The translations under genes and the position numbers were made by a program. Positions 24,972-38,700 of a stretch of 64,000 nt of DNA are shown one piece after another. Position 1 is the first letter of the stretch. Each line of letters opens with the position of its first letter. This DNA is from Trichoplax adhaerens (Eukaryota > Animalia > Placozoa), in assembly GCF_000150275.1 (NCBI RefSeq), contig NW_002060952.1, positions 1,912,260 to 1,976,259 of the forward strand, given 5' to 3'. The notes beneath the pieces are model-generated. The model saw only the letters and a program-made list of their open reading frames with translations, had not been told where the DNA came from and did no database searches.

Positions 24972-27900
24972 TATGTAATCCAAGACACTTATGATGTAAT
25001 CAAGATAGAGCAATTGAAAAACTATTGACTACTGAAGATAGACAAATACGATGTAGAAACAGCATATTACAAAATTGATGACAATTGTTAAATAGAAAAA
25101 TGGTTGGTAAAAGCAGATTCGGCGAGACGAATACCCAATGATAGCCATAGCCAATTTTAAATCATAGTGATAATAAGGAAAAAATAGAAAAAAATAAAAT
25201 TAATACGGCAAAATTATTAGATTAACTTACTCCTAAAGATGACTTGCAATGCCATCCGGTAATCTCCAACAAAATATACTGATATTCCAAATGTAAACAA
25301 CTTAAAAGTAGAAAAGTTGTTGAAGATGATAATGGGCAATTAACAAAATGACGTGGAAATATTCAGAAGCAATCGAATTGTCAGCAGCATCAAGGTTTTT
25401 ATGAAAACTCTTCCTATTGAGACTATCGAGATAGGTAAACTGCAAAAGGATCGACTTTGAAATGGCAATTGAATCAAAGAAATACCATGATATAATATAA
25501 GGGTCATATGTTTGAATAAAGGCAGCGAATAGTAATTAATCTAACGTCCTGACTATTGATGGTTCTATATCAAGTTGACTAAGATCACTTCTTCCTTAGT
25601 ACTAGCTAGAATGATAATGACTATATGATTATAGCCAATGTTATGATTAATGGAAATCGATGGCAATACAATTCAATATTTTCAATATTCCGATGATGAC
25701 GGAGTTATTTTTACGTGAACTAGCATTTCAAGACAGAGTAGGAACAATCTAAGACGAACAATACATCAAACAATTTTGAACAAGGACTTCAATTAATGTC
25801 AACAAGGCATGTATTCTATCAATAGTAACAACTTGTGACATGATAAAGTTCAATAATTCGATAAAAGCCCTCCCTAAGGAAAATCGATGGGATGACGTTG
25901 AATATCCTGATCATAGCATGCATAGCAAGGCTAGAATAGAGAGCAGTCAAAGGACAACATTTTTTGTTACTGATGATCAATGACTCGGTTAAATGAAGGA
26001 TCAATGCAATCCTATCTAACATGAACCAACCATATCTAATAATAGAACAATAAATTAACTCAATCTATTGTTGCAATATAAGCAAACAATTTGAAATTGA
26101 TTCAATGAAGTTACAAAGAGAAATTGAGTCAAGATTGTTATTCTGACTTCATTTCACCAACAGAAGGTATTTCAACGATCTAAAGAAATAGACAATCAAG
26201 CATATGATATCCATTTTGTCTGGCTTTCTATTGTCCTATCAGTGAATATAGACTTTATTCAAGTTGAAGTTAATGCGGCACTATAATTTGATGTATTAAA
26301 TACCTGAATTATATACTGTAAGTCATCAAGTCAAACAAGAAACAATAACTCTTTAACGAGAGGCGATAGCAGTTCCAAAGATCATCCTTAGTGATTTTTG
26401 ATCTTGTCAATTGACTTGGATAATAAATTGGCGATTTAATAGATGAGATGGTAAATTCATTTTATCTGCCCATGAAAAATTTCTAAGTATTTATAACCTC
26501 ATTGATTACAGACTGCTTGTCATTAAAAGGAAAATGAGATCGAGACAAGTCAATACGGGATTATTTTCATTAATTTTTTTATCCATCATTTAGAGATATA
26601 ATACAAAATTAAAAATCAGACTAGTTCAAGTTGCAGTAAATCTAGCTCAATCCTTTGTTGTTTCATTAATGCACTATAAATCAAATAGATATCCTTGAAC
26701 TAGTCTCAATCGTAGGCCTTGTACAGCTACATCGGATCACAATCATCTTCCCTATTCCTCTTGGTAGCGATATCACGTATATAAAATGCTTTGTTTCTAA
26801 GTTAGCAGCACAGTTTTGATTACAGAAAAACTCCAATTTATCAATATCATCAACATTAGTCTACGTAATGATATAGCAAACAGAAAATAATCTATTCTTG
26901 TTAGCTTGATTAAGTATACACTATCTCTATTTTTAAAGCCTATCTCATATAACCTTCTAGTCCTCTATTAGATAACCATTTATAGACGACTCAATTTTAA
27001 TTCACTTTACAAACTAGTGCTAGAAAATAGAAAAAGAGGGCTGTTCAGATAAGATCAAGATTTAAACTATAGAAAGAATAGTCATGCGCTAATTTATTAA
27101 AATCCTATGCGTATACATAAATATAAAAATTTCGGGAAACTTTCATGTGTCGTAACATTATATTTTTGAGTGGTCAAATTTTTTATTTAAAGTTGAACAG
27201 TACCCGCCACTAATATTAATCTGCTGTCATCCCTTAACCGCGATAAAGTTTAAATTCACTCCATAAAAATCGATTCAACGATTATTATCCTATTTCTTAT
27301 ATTTATAAATAATCAATTTCTTTTATAGCCTGCCGACGCCTGTATCTACCGATATTATAAATACGCGTAACTTGTAATGCACTAATAAAAAGTCAGACTT
27401 TATTCATCTATTATTGACGACTAATTATTATAACTAATTTAATAAATAATTTCATCGAAAGAATTACAAAATATTTTAATTCGAAAGAAATTTATTAATG
27501 AATATATCACCTTTTATGTTTATATAGCATTATTGTACCATAACAACTTAGACAACATAAAAACGTTAGTATAGCATCCAGTAAAATCCTTTAAGCTGAT
27601 CACTATGAATTAAAAATTTGTTTCGCGGTTATCTAACTTCTGAGGATAGAAATTTTTAAAACTCGGTGATTGATTCTAACAGGTTCAAATTAAATTTAAA
27701 CATTAAAAACGATTTTATATAAATATTCAGTAGCTCTGTGGATATGCTGGAGTGATTGTCTAAATTTCAAGTATTTCATTTAGAGAGAAATGTTGCCTGT
27801 TCATCATATTATCCTATTTCAGGATTCAATTCTTAGTTTTGGATATTCATACCACTATCAATTTAAACATGCTAAAATATATAATAGATGGATATGCCTT

Positions 27901-30900
27901 GTAATTTGAATAATTTTACATTTTTACTGAGACAGAAATTACTGGCATTTCCGTTCAAGATCTTAATTCGGCCTTAGGTGCATTGACCAGAGGTCAACTT
28001 ACCGACGCATTTCATAGCACCTTAAGTGATTTTCTATATTGAGTGTAGGAAATTATACTGTCATAAAACTTTTTATAAACGCAAATATAGTATGACGCTA
28101 TCAGAGTCTTAAATTATATCATCAATATTTAACTCTTCGATCTCAGAGCCCTTAATCCCATGAAAGCGAATATACTATTAGCTTCAATGGCAAACATTGT
28201 CATTTTATTGAAAGTAATATATGTGAAAATAATTTACACAGCAAGATCCACGTATAAGAGTTTTTACGTGAATCTATTTTACTCGTAAGCATACAATATT
28301 TTTACTCCCACATTACGCAACAGTAGAAGACGATTTCAAGTTTTGTAAGTAAACTTGATATGCTGGAAAGATTTATTTAACCTCTCACGTTTGATATTCA
28401 CTGAAACTGAGACATTGAATAATTAGAGTCCGAAATAAGAAAATCAAGATTAATGGAATACGGTAATTACAGTATTTAATATTTCCGATAATAATTTCTT
28501 TATATTGCATAACCTTACAATTTAGTTCGATTATTTTTTTAAATAGTCAAAAAAGAATCAGATAAATTGACCTGTCAACTAATTTACGCTATTCTATGTT
28601 GTTATTATTATTATGAATCGCATTGGATACTCTTTCAATTTGTATTATGGAATCTTTTCGGTAGAAATGGGTTCTGCGTATAATTATTTCTTGATCTGAA
28701 TGTAGACAATTTTAAGTTAAAATTACGCCTTGACAGCATAATATTCGTTCTATCAATCATCCTTTGACTTTCTAATGGAACGGTTCTTTCAGTTTAGAAA
28801 CTAAAAATAACGTTGTCATTTTATTCCTTTATCCTAGATTAAAATATTGCACACAGTAATATTCCAATATATGTACTATTATCGGCCATCTAAAGCACTT
28901 CCTCTCCCTATTTTGAAGTTCTTTGTATTATTTAAGCTTCAATTAGTCCATGTTTATTTTTCCTTCTGGCTATTCGCTTCCATTTTCTAAGTAATCGTAA
29001 AGCTAGTACAGCACATTATCTACTTTCACTACCTTAATATTTTAGAATAAGATTCATTTTAAAAGTATGGTACATACAAACACTGAAAAATAGGATCAAT
29101 TAGCCTAAATAGGAAGGTACTGAATTTTTAGTTGCTATCTGCAAACTTTGTCTACGTGATGATTAGATTTGTCAAAAAATCAGTTTGCATTACAACATTC
29201 ATTGAAGCGTATCCTTAAACTACATAAATTATGCGCTATTTCTCACTCCATTTCAATCATTCAAAACTCGATCCTTCTATCCCTTAGGTCACCTATGGAA
29301 AGTAATAGAGTGCCCTGATAAAAAAATCGATCAATTGACATTTCTAAGATTGATTAAAAATTTATTTTAATTCATGACCTTGTCGCTAACAATTAGTATT
29401 TCGGCTATTTTCTTTGCCTATTGACTATTCATCGCGTCTAAAGGGCGAATTTTACGTCTAAACAATAAGCACAATTACTCAACTTATTGAAATTATTTTC
29501 TATGTAGACGATGCACCTGTAGATATACAATAGGTTAGCGTTATTTACCCACAAGTAAATGTTAAGGATATTTTCATCATCATGAAGCTTGAAGACCAGT
29601 AACCTGGGAACGGTATTGTATTGCCGAAAACTTTTTTGGTGTACAATCGGAAGCTGACCTCAGCCTATTTTCATTATTTTACTTTGAGTCAAAATAATTC
29701 CGATGGAAAATTTGAAAGCTGCTTTAGGATAATAACAACAATTATAGGCGGAAGAAATATCCTAAAATCGAGTTAACTTTAAGCTTGAACTTTGCCTTCA
29801 TCCTAAATTAAACCCAACTATAAAAAATCTCTTGATATTGAGCAAAACAGGATAACATCCTTCTCATTTTTAAATTAATTGTATCCAATGTTCGGTAATC
29901 AATCATCATAGGATATTTTCTTGATGCTCATATTAAAGAAAACGTGATCGATGAAGACACTAAGTCAGTACTTTTTCTGCAAATAACCTTTAGCTTTAAA
30001 ATCACTCCCAAGTCTATTCAGAGCTAGACAGTATCCGTCTGATTTGTAAATTAATATTTTATTTAGCTTTGGATAGTCCATCGTAATCAAAATATTTATG
30101 ATTTTTATCGCCAGGAAAAAATTGAAGAATCTGAATAGTGAATTAATACTTAGCGGCAGTAAAAGGATTGCAATAATATCGATAAAGAACGGACATGAAA
30201 ATAGTTAGTATGATCGTGTATGGATCATATCCCATTCTACGTGGCATAAAGTGCATAACTATTAGCAAGCCCATTATTTCATATTATTTTTCAGCTTGAA
30301 ATCTATCGACATAGTATTAAAGCTACGCTATTGCTTTATTTTATGTTAGTCATATTCCCCTTTTAGTATTATCTATCATTTCATATTGTCAGCATATCAA
30401 TGGAAATTAAGCCGTTACCAGTCTTACTTATATTCAATTTTTACCCTCCTTACGTATTTAACAGAAATTTTAAAAGTACTTTGATGATGTAATGCAGCTA
30501 TAGTCCATAGTAATCAATAATTCTTTCCTGAATTTTCTAGAAAAAAATTTCATGAATGGTGAGGATGATAGCACACAATTAAGATCCTTTTATTCAGCTT
30601 TCTTTGTCGCTCTCCAGCCTTCTGTCATTAAAATTTCACGTAAAGTGAGTCAGTTATTTCAGAGGTGCAGTTTATTATTAATTCGTTCTGGCCAATACCT
30701 CCCCTAAACTAGTTATCATTTCAATTTATTTATCTACAAGCAGCAGCTTTAAATTAAAATTTTATTAGCAATTATTATTTCCACGATTGACAAAATGTAT
30801 GAGCTGACTGTCCTAACTTTATTTCTTACTGTTCATTAAAGAATTGAGCCACCAGAATTATTAATTTGTTAATAATTATACGCACATAATCTACTCAGTA

Positions 30901-33900
30901 AATACAGAATTATGAAAACACGAATGCTTAAGACTCTTCGTAACTGATATATCTTTATTACAGTCACGATTTTAACTGGCATCCAGAAATAATCTGCAAC
31001 GATTATTATTGAAGATTACTACTAGGCTTAAGGCTACTGTGCCTCAGAATATGTATGTCATATCCTATCTCTCAATATTCTTGTACGAAGCCTTATAGAA
31101 TGAAAAATCTAATATTTCTGTTGGACATCATCTTTATGCATAGTGTAGAGTAGTTTCAGATTTAGAAAAGCTATTTAAATACCTAATGTCCCGAATATCA
31201 AATAGAATGCATTTATTTTTTAGCGTTCCCCTCAATCTTCTCGTATGAAAGACTTCTGGGATAACTGATGCTATATTACTTAACATTTCCATGCTTTCGC
31301 CATTAAAATTTTATATATACTTCTAATGGTTTGCATAGAATAAAATATCAGACCAACTTATAAATTTCGGGTGTACCTTGATAGAGTTAACGATTACTAG
31401 CTGTATGTTAATGAGTCTATCATCAATTGTATCGATGTGAACGTACAAAATGATCATCCCAATAAATTTCAGTATGTTGCAAATAAAACTTTAGTAAAAG
31501 TTTAATGATCTCACAATTGATCTATTCTTTCAAAGTATGACCACCACTCAAGGTTGACTGAACGTATAAAGATTCTACCTGACGGTAAATTATAATAGAC
31601 AGCGTGATTTGGAATTCAATCATATCCTCTTTCTTTCAGCATGACACTATATGCCAATTCTTTCAATTATTTCAATCACGCAATTTAGAAATAAAATCTG
31701 AAGTTGTCCAACCCTAGCTATATTTCCACTTTAGTATATAAGTTTATAAGTAATTTAATATTGCTACTGCAGCTTAAAGAGTGACAAAATTACAATGTTT
31801 CCCTCCGTGAAATTTGCGAAGACAAAGCTACTCACTGAATTTCATGATAAATTTCTTTATCGTTACTGGCAATACCCAACTTAATTAACTATTTGCGTCT
31901 TATTTACTGCCCTATCAATCCCTTTTGTTAAGTCAATGCAATTTGATTTTTCGATATCATAAAAAATTAGAAATCTATCATTTTCAATAGCTAGGAAAAC
32001 AAAATAGAAACTGAAATTATGCCTATCAGCATCATTGCCTTTTATACCAGTCATTTTTCAATAGATGCTACATTTAACCATCATATTTAGATAATTTACG
32101 ATTTTGAAATTCTAGTAATCAGATTTTCTACTGTAATAATGTCAACTGATTATATTCTTTGTAAAACTATAATTAATGGAGCCTACGCGATTCCCTACGC
32201 ATTGTCATAATAAATTGACTTGCCCTAAGAATAAATTGCTTCTCAAGGATGACTACGTTAAATTCAGTCTATTCCTCAGCATTTTTATTTTTGTGTACAC
32301 AAATCTATTATAAATGATTTTTGTTTGTAAATTGGGTATTTTTCTTTTTACCTCACTAAGTTACTGTCGTTAAATAAATTATTGTATATGAATATTTTAA
32401 ACATTAGATAGAATTACTTATTATCGCATTAATCTTCTAAAGTTACGTGAAGTTACATTACAGTAATGGTAAAAATTGCTATAAAATATTGAAATCAAGC
32501 TACGACACATACCGTACCATAACTTAATTTAATTATTAAGTTTATCTTAAAGTAAACAAAGTTTAGGTAACTCACTTATAAAATCGAACATTATTATATT
32601 TGCTTATCTAACATTCCAAACTCATTGCCTATGCCAATTTGAGAATTAATTAAATTTTTTATAATCAGAAATTTAAGTTAATTCTATCAGCCACTGTGGC
32701 GAAGACGATCTAAATCTAATTTATTACGTCTACTACATAATTAATCATTTATATTCTACCGGATATGTCTTGCAAATGTGTCATTAGTCAAATTTATTCC
32801 TACCAGCCAATGCGCAAATTTAACTAGTCATCGTTGCAGATTATTGACATTTTTACTACTTTATCTGTTAATTAGCCGTTAGGTTATTTTAATGGCTCAT
32901 TTACTGCTCCACCAATCTGTCTCCATGTAATAAAGAGAATTTTGGTAGTTATTAAAATCGTCAAACTTATAACCCTCTAACTCAGCTTTACTCATGTTGT
33001 ACTCATCTAGTTCTATCGCATTTATTGTAACTTAAAATAGCCTAATGTTATCACTACATTACACTGGCGATCAACACCTTTTCGGGCTCCATTTTTTAAA
33101 TATAATATATTTTTCTTCAATTCAATTACCGACCATAGTTTATATGATTAAAGTCTCAATCATGTTAAAACTTACAGTTACTGTCATCGAAAAGAATGTT
33201 GCATCAATGATCAAACTGTTCAATGAATTTAATTAGCTAATATCTATTATTCTCATAGATGAAATAATTGGATTAACTTCTTTGGCACATTAGAGAAAAT
33301 TAAACAGAGAGCTGTAGACAAGTAATACAGTCATTATAGTTAAGGAAATGGTTGCCAACAGTCAAATAATATTAATGAGACATGTCAACGACTGATTTAG
33401 TAAGCGCACTGATAGTTATCTGCGGAAATACGCCCATATCAGTGAAGCTAATTACAAACTTATCCTGAATGTGTATTAATTGCTATGACTTTGACTTTTA
33501 ACATCAGGTTGCCAGATTTTTAATGGCAATTATTACAGATGTTTTGAGCAAAATGTGTCTTAATGATAGATGTCAGAGAAGTCTGACGCAATGGATAACA
33601 TTTTTAATAGAGTATGATACTTACAATTCGGATAAGTAGTTTTAATAAAGCTATATGTAGCTTTCCAATATCCTTTCACTAATTATAAATAATTATTTAA
33701 GTTATACAATGTACATGAACTCCATCTAAAGAATCGAAATTACTCAGCATAAGAACCACACCAAAAATGGCAATATAATTATTAAATATGGCTTGAAACA
33801 CGTTAATCTGTCTTAAGTTACATAATAATGTTATCATTTACATTGAAACTTACTTAATTTATTTTTAGATTAATATAATATAATAATTTTTCAAGTTCAT

Positions 33901-35691
33901 TTATCTATAGAAAATCAGTGTCATAAATTAAAATAGGTACGGATCCCCTTATTAAGATGTTTTTTCAAGTAAAAATATTTTACAGATGTTTGTAACAGTT
34001 TTATAAGCGCTATTGAATCAAATCTCTTTGACCATAACAACAAATAAACTTTCCGATAAATATATTTATTACTATTGTTAGTGTGCTGCATAGTGCTATA
34101 AAATTCCATTAATATATTCTGCATAATGAGTATTAGATCCTGCTCTTGCAGCTACGTTGCACGATGTAAACATAACCGCTCTAGGTTAATCAATTTAAAG
34201 CAAGGGTACCTAATTTATATTCAATATGAGCAGCTAAAAGGATAAAAGTAAAATATCGAACTAGAAGTATCAGCACTACCTATTTGAGTTTGGGCAATGC
34301 CTTTGTCAATGATCTTAATCAATTCTGGTAGCAATATCAGAAATTAGGATAAATCTCAACTACAATAAGACATTTTAGGATGATACTTTTCATTCTTTTA
34401 CGCATCAATAAACTCTTATACTTGTTGCTTCTGTAATTGATCTTCTGATCAATGGCTTTAAGCTTGTCATGACATCGAAAATTATCGTTGTTCAATAAAG
34501 CAACAACTATCTGAGTAAACTAATTTAAAGTTGATTATTTTTAACATTTTAATTCAAATTGGAATACAATATCCGACCTTCGGCTTGCACATTATTAGGA
34601 TAAAATCAACTACTTAACAGACATCAGTTAGACACTAAATTCATTTTGCGTTTTGATATACTGATCAGCATTAATTATCTGAATATAAGCCAGGGCTAAA
34701 ACCAATGCATAAATAATAGCCTATGTGCATTAGCGTAACAATGACACGAGTATTAAGATATTAACATCCACTTTCCTCTACTAATTAAAACTAGAATATA
34801 AGAATATATGCTAAAATTCCAGTTAATACATGAGGTTTATCAATATCCTTTTAAAATAATACTTGCTCTATTATTAAGTAAAAATATAACAAATGTTTCC
34901 TTACGTGAATTAAATAAGACTCCCTGTATATTCAGCTATATGTAATGCATGAGTGAGCAAGTAGGATAAAAGAGGTTGCTACTTCTACTAAAGTAGTGCT
35001 TGCCTACTTTAAATTAAAATGCGCTTTATAATGCAGGCTATAATAAAACTTCACATAATATAGAATATTCCGAAAGTCGTCTACGTAAGAGTTGAATAAT
35101 CTCTAATACAAACTGAACCAAAAATTTCCTATACAGGCTACACTTAATCTAGGATATATCTATTAAGAACAATCTAAATAATAAAAGAATTTTAAATTGC
35201 GAATGTAAGCAGGACGGGCAGGAAATAAGCTGTAGATTGAGTTAATTTGTCGTTGTCTAACCGTCTAGTCTTTTTCTATTCAACTTAAAGTAGATACAAA
35301 TAGGCTAGCATAATAACTAACGTAATCTCATAAACTAAAATAATTGAATTAAAAATATGAAAAATATGCAGCTTGAGTTAGTATACAGGTATATAAGTAT
35401 ATTCTCATTACAGTATAATGTGATGTCATCAGTTCTAGCTTAGATCAGTTCACTAAACTCTAATTACATCGTTATTAATGAAATGTGATGATCTAAACCT
35501 TCCATCAAACTATTTAATTTAATGGTGATAGCACTTGTCACATCCTATAGTAATCAAAATAATGATTTAGCTAGAGATTAACTTAATAATTCATTATACT
35601 ATAAACAAGTTTTCTGACTGATTCCTCCACTTCCTAATGTTGTTGTTGCTTATCCGCCTTATTGATAACCCTCAACATTTAATTTCGTGTA

Positions 35692-35753
35692 GCCCACACC
35701 CCGCATATTATACAGCGCTATAAATTGGTAAGGAATCCCGTTGTCGTGGTAAC
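35692..35753 (+). promoter_or_regulatory. Candidate promoter cluster: KLF/Sp CACCC box, TATA box and RFX X-box-like site
   Basis: GCCCACACCC 35692-35701, TATAAAT 35719-35725, GTTGTCGTGGTAAC 35740-35753 (one mismatch to GTHNYYATRRNAAC). Confidence 0.35.
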
Positions 35754-38700
35754 AGTTGACTCGAAGAGGGAAGATATAGTTGTCACAAACTTGTAGTATC
35801 AATAATGAAGGTTACTCACTCTACTCAGGACAAAAAAATGATTCACTTAGTTTATTTCAATAATTTATAATGGAAACAGCTGGTGTTCGATATCCCACTG
35901 ATATTTAGAACATAACAAAATCGGCTTCTAAAAACATCAAAAAAGGGTTACTATATATTGGTTTATTGTGTATTATTCGATAAGCATAACGAAATTTTTG
36001 CATGGCCTTTCTTCCGTGAAATGTCAAATCTTAAAATATCGGGGAAAGTTAATTAAGATAGAACATCTATCATTTATGTATACCCCCTTGCACTGTAAAA
36101 GATTTACAGTCGTACAAACAGCTGTTCGGGGTTTTTAATTATGTCGAGGTTATGATATTAAGTTGCATACCATATAATGTAGTACAGCATACTGTAGTCA
36201 GTATGTTAAATAGAACACAGATTACGAAATGTTGTACTATTTGATTAGCTTTTTAACTTTCATAGTCTAACTGAAATATATGAAATCGATCTGTTAAAAA
36301 TGGTAAAAATTATGAATGACGAATTCGACCATTAGACTGGGAAAGATTTTTGAAATATCAATATTATAGTATTTCTGTAGATAAGTATTAATGATAGATA
36401 ATTGACTGTATCGTTCTACCACCTAGATTCTCTTAATATCTTATATTTAAAAAAATCTGTATGTAATAATTTATTAATTACGATAATCTGCATTATTTTT
36501 ATGTTTATGCCATAAATTAAGGATTTTTCAATTGAACTTTAAATTTTACATACGTAAACTACTTCAAGATTATCATATCTTTCATTAGATAATTAATAAA
36601 ATGACAGCTAATTAAGTTAATATTTAAAGAGATAAGGTAAATAACTAGAGTAGCATTAAAACCGAAAATCGGGTTAAAATGTATCAAACTAGGAATACGA
36701 CCATTTGCTACGTTCATATGTACTACAATCAATTTTAGCTGTCATCATCAGATTAATACAACATTGATATATATTTGCAGATTTATAAATTATACTAAAT
36801 ACTCATACCTAATTCAATCGTTATCGATGCCTTTAAAGACTACAGTATATTAATTGTACGATTGTGAGAAATCCATATAAAGGATTGCTTTAATAACAAA
36901 TTAGATGAGCTATTAATTTCTAGTTTATTGGGTAGCACTTAGCTTTACTCATGAACTCATACTATCTTCGAAAAAATCAAAAACAGTTACAGTGAGTCTG
37001 ATACTAAGCGGAACAATAATCCCGTAATGGAAAGTTATCGTAGTAAAATAACTAAGGATATTGAAATATTAGTTTCGGCAAAGTATGCACAATAGTCACG
37101 TATTTACTTATTTTTAAATAACTATTGATACAGAGTTCTCTCGATGATATACTAATAGCATAGGTAGAACTAGCATCTCACGAAGGCTTGATTTAAGCCG
37201 CCAGCATTACTCGGTCTTAATGATGTTTTATGGATTACGTACAAAAACAATAAATAGTAGTGAACGTAGAAACACAAGTTTATTAGAAGTAAAATTAAAG
37301 CTTTAATAACTATCGATTTTATTTCTAATCAGAACGACTAGATTATTTATAGTAGAACCAATTAGACGTATTACATCCCGTGTCAAACGCGAGAGAATAT
37401 TTGAATTTATTATTATATGCAAAGTTTGGTTTTAGTTGTGGCAGTATAGTTCTATACTGACCTGATTTGTTTCATAAAGTAAACGCCAAAATTTATATTT
37501 TTAAAAATATATATTCTATAGCGCTATCAGCTATAGAGATACGACAAGGCTAAAAGCGATATGAACTATATTTATATGTCATAGATGAATCTTTGCTCTC
37601 AGTTAATGGAATAACATTTAATTCACCTTTAGCATTTTTATCTATCGCAATATTTAAGTTTTAATTTCTTTAATATTGCAAATTCCCTATGAGAATATTC
37701 AACTTGTTTATTGCGGTGCCTTTCGATGAAGATTAATAGCTTCCGCACGCAATCCTATCTCATACTTTTTTGTATCATTAATAAATGAAATCTATAGCTA
37801 ACTTTATGGATGCGATTTAACGCTTTGACCCAAAATTTTATTCTAGATAATTCAGATCAGTAAAAGTATAGACGTATATTGAGTACATCCAGTTAATACG
37901 GGGCAAATTCACTTAAATGCATCAATATAACTTAGGAGTTTAGAAACAATTTTAGACTAACCATGTAGGGAATAAACTGTTGGAATTAGTGCTTATCAGA
38001 AATGGGCGACATAGAAGAATTAATTTTATTTTATTGAAACGATTAATTCTAACAGGTGACAAAGCTTTTATCGTTATCAGTTGGAGTGAGTTGCATCAAA
38101 ATTTTTTCGGTTTCTTATTAAACTGACCTGAATTTTGTGGCTGAATCCAATGCGATGCTTAAGCTTCTTTTCACTATTTAGTTTTATCCACATAGATGTT
38201 TACCGGCAAATAATTAACCGCAATTTAGTAATGGAATAAATTAAATTAGTAACAGATATAAAAACATAAGCTAAGGATGATATAGGCGTAAATAACTTCT
38301 GAAATTCGTCAATTTGTAGCCTAGAAGAAGTATTCTATCAAAATGATCGGTGCGAAGGTTTTTATCTCTTACAAACTAACTCGCTATTTCACCTATACGA
38401 CTACTGTACTATTTTTTTTAATAAAGTCGCTAAGCAATATATCAATCTTATAAAAAGTATCCTACTAACTTTCTAACGTCAATTACTTCTTATTATTTCC
38501 GCCTTATTCAGCGTTAGACCAGCATGAAGGAGTACTTAATTCGTAAAGAGATTATGCCAAGTTCACAATGATTTTATAGTCAGATCCTATGACGATACAT
38601 TTATGGTAGAGCTATCATTATAATATGAATGTTAATTCTAGCAACGGTAAATTATCGATTATAGTATTATTTTATTGCATAAAGTCAATCTATTCATGTA

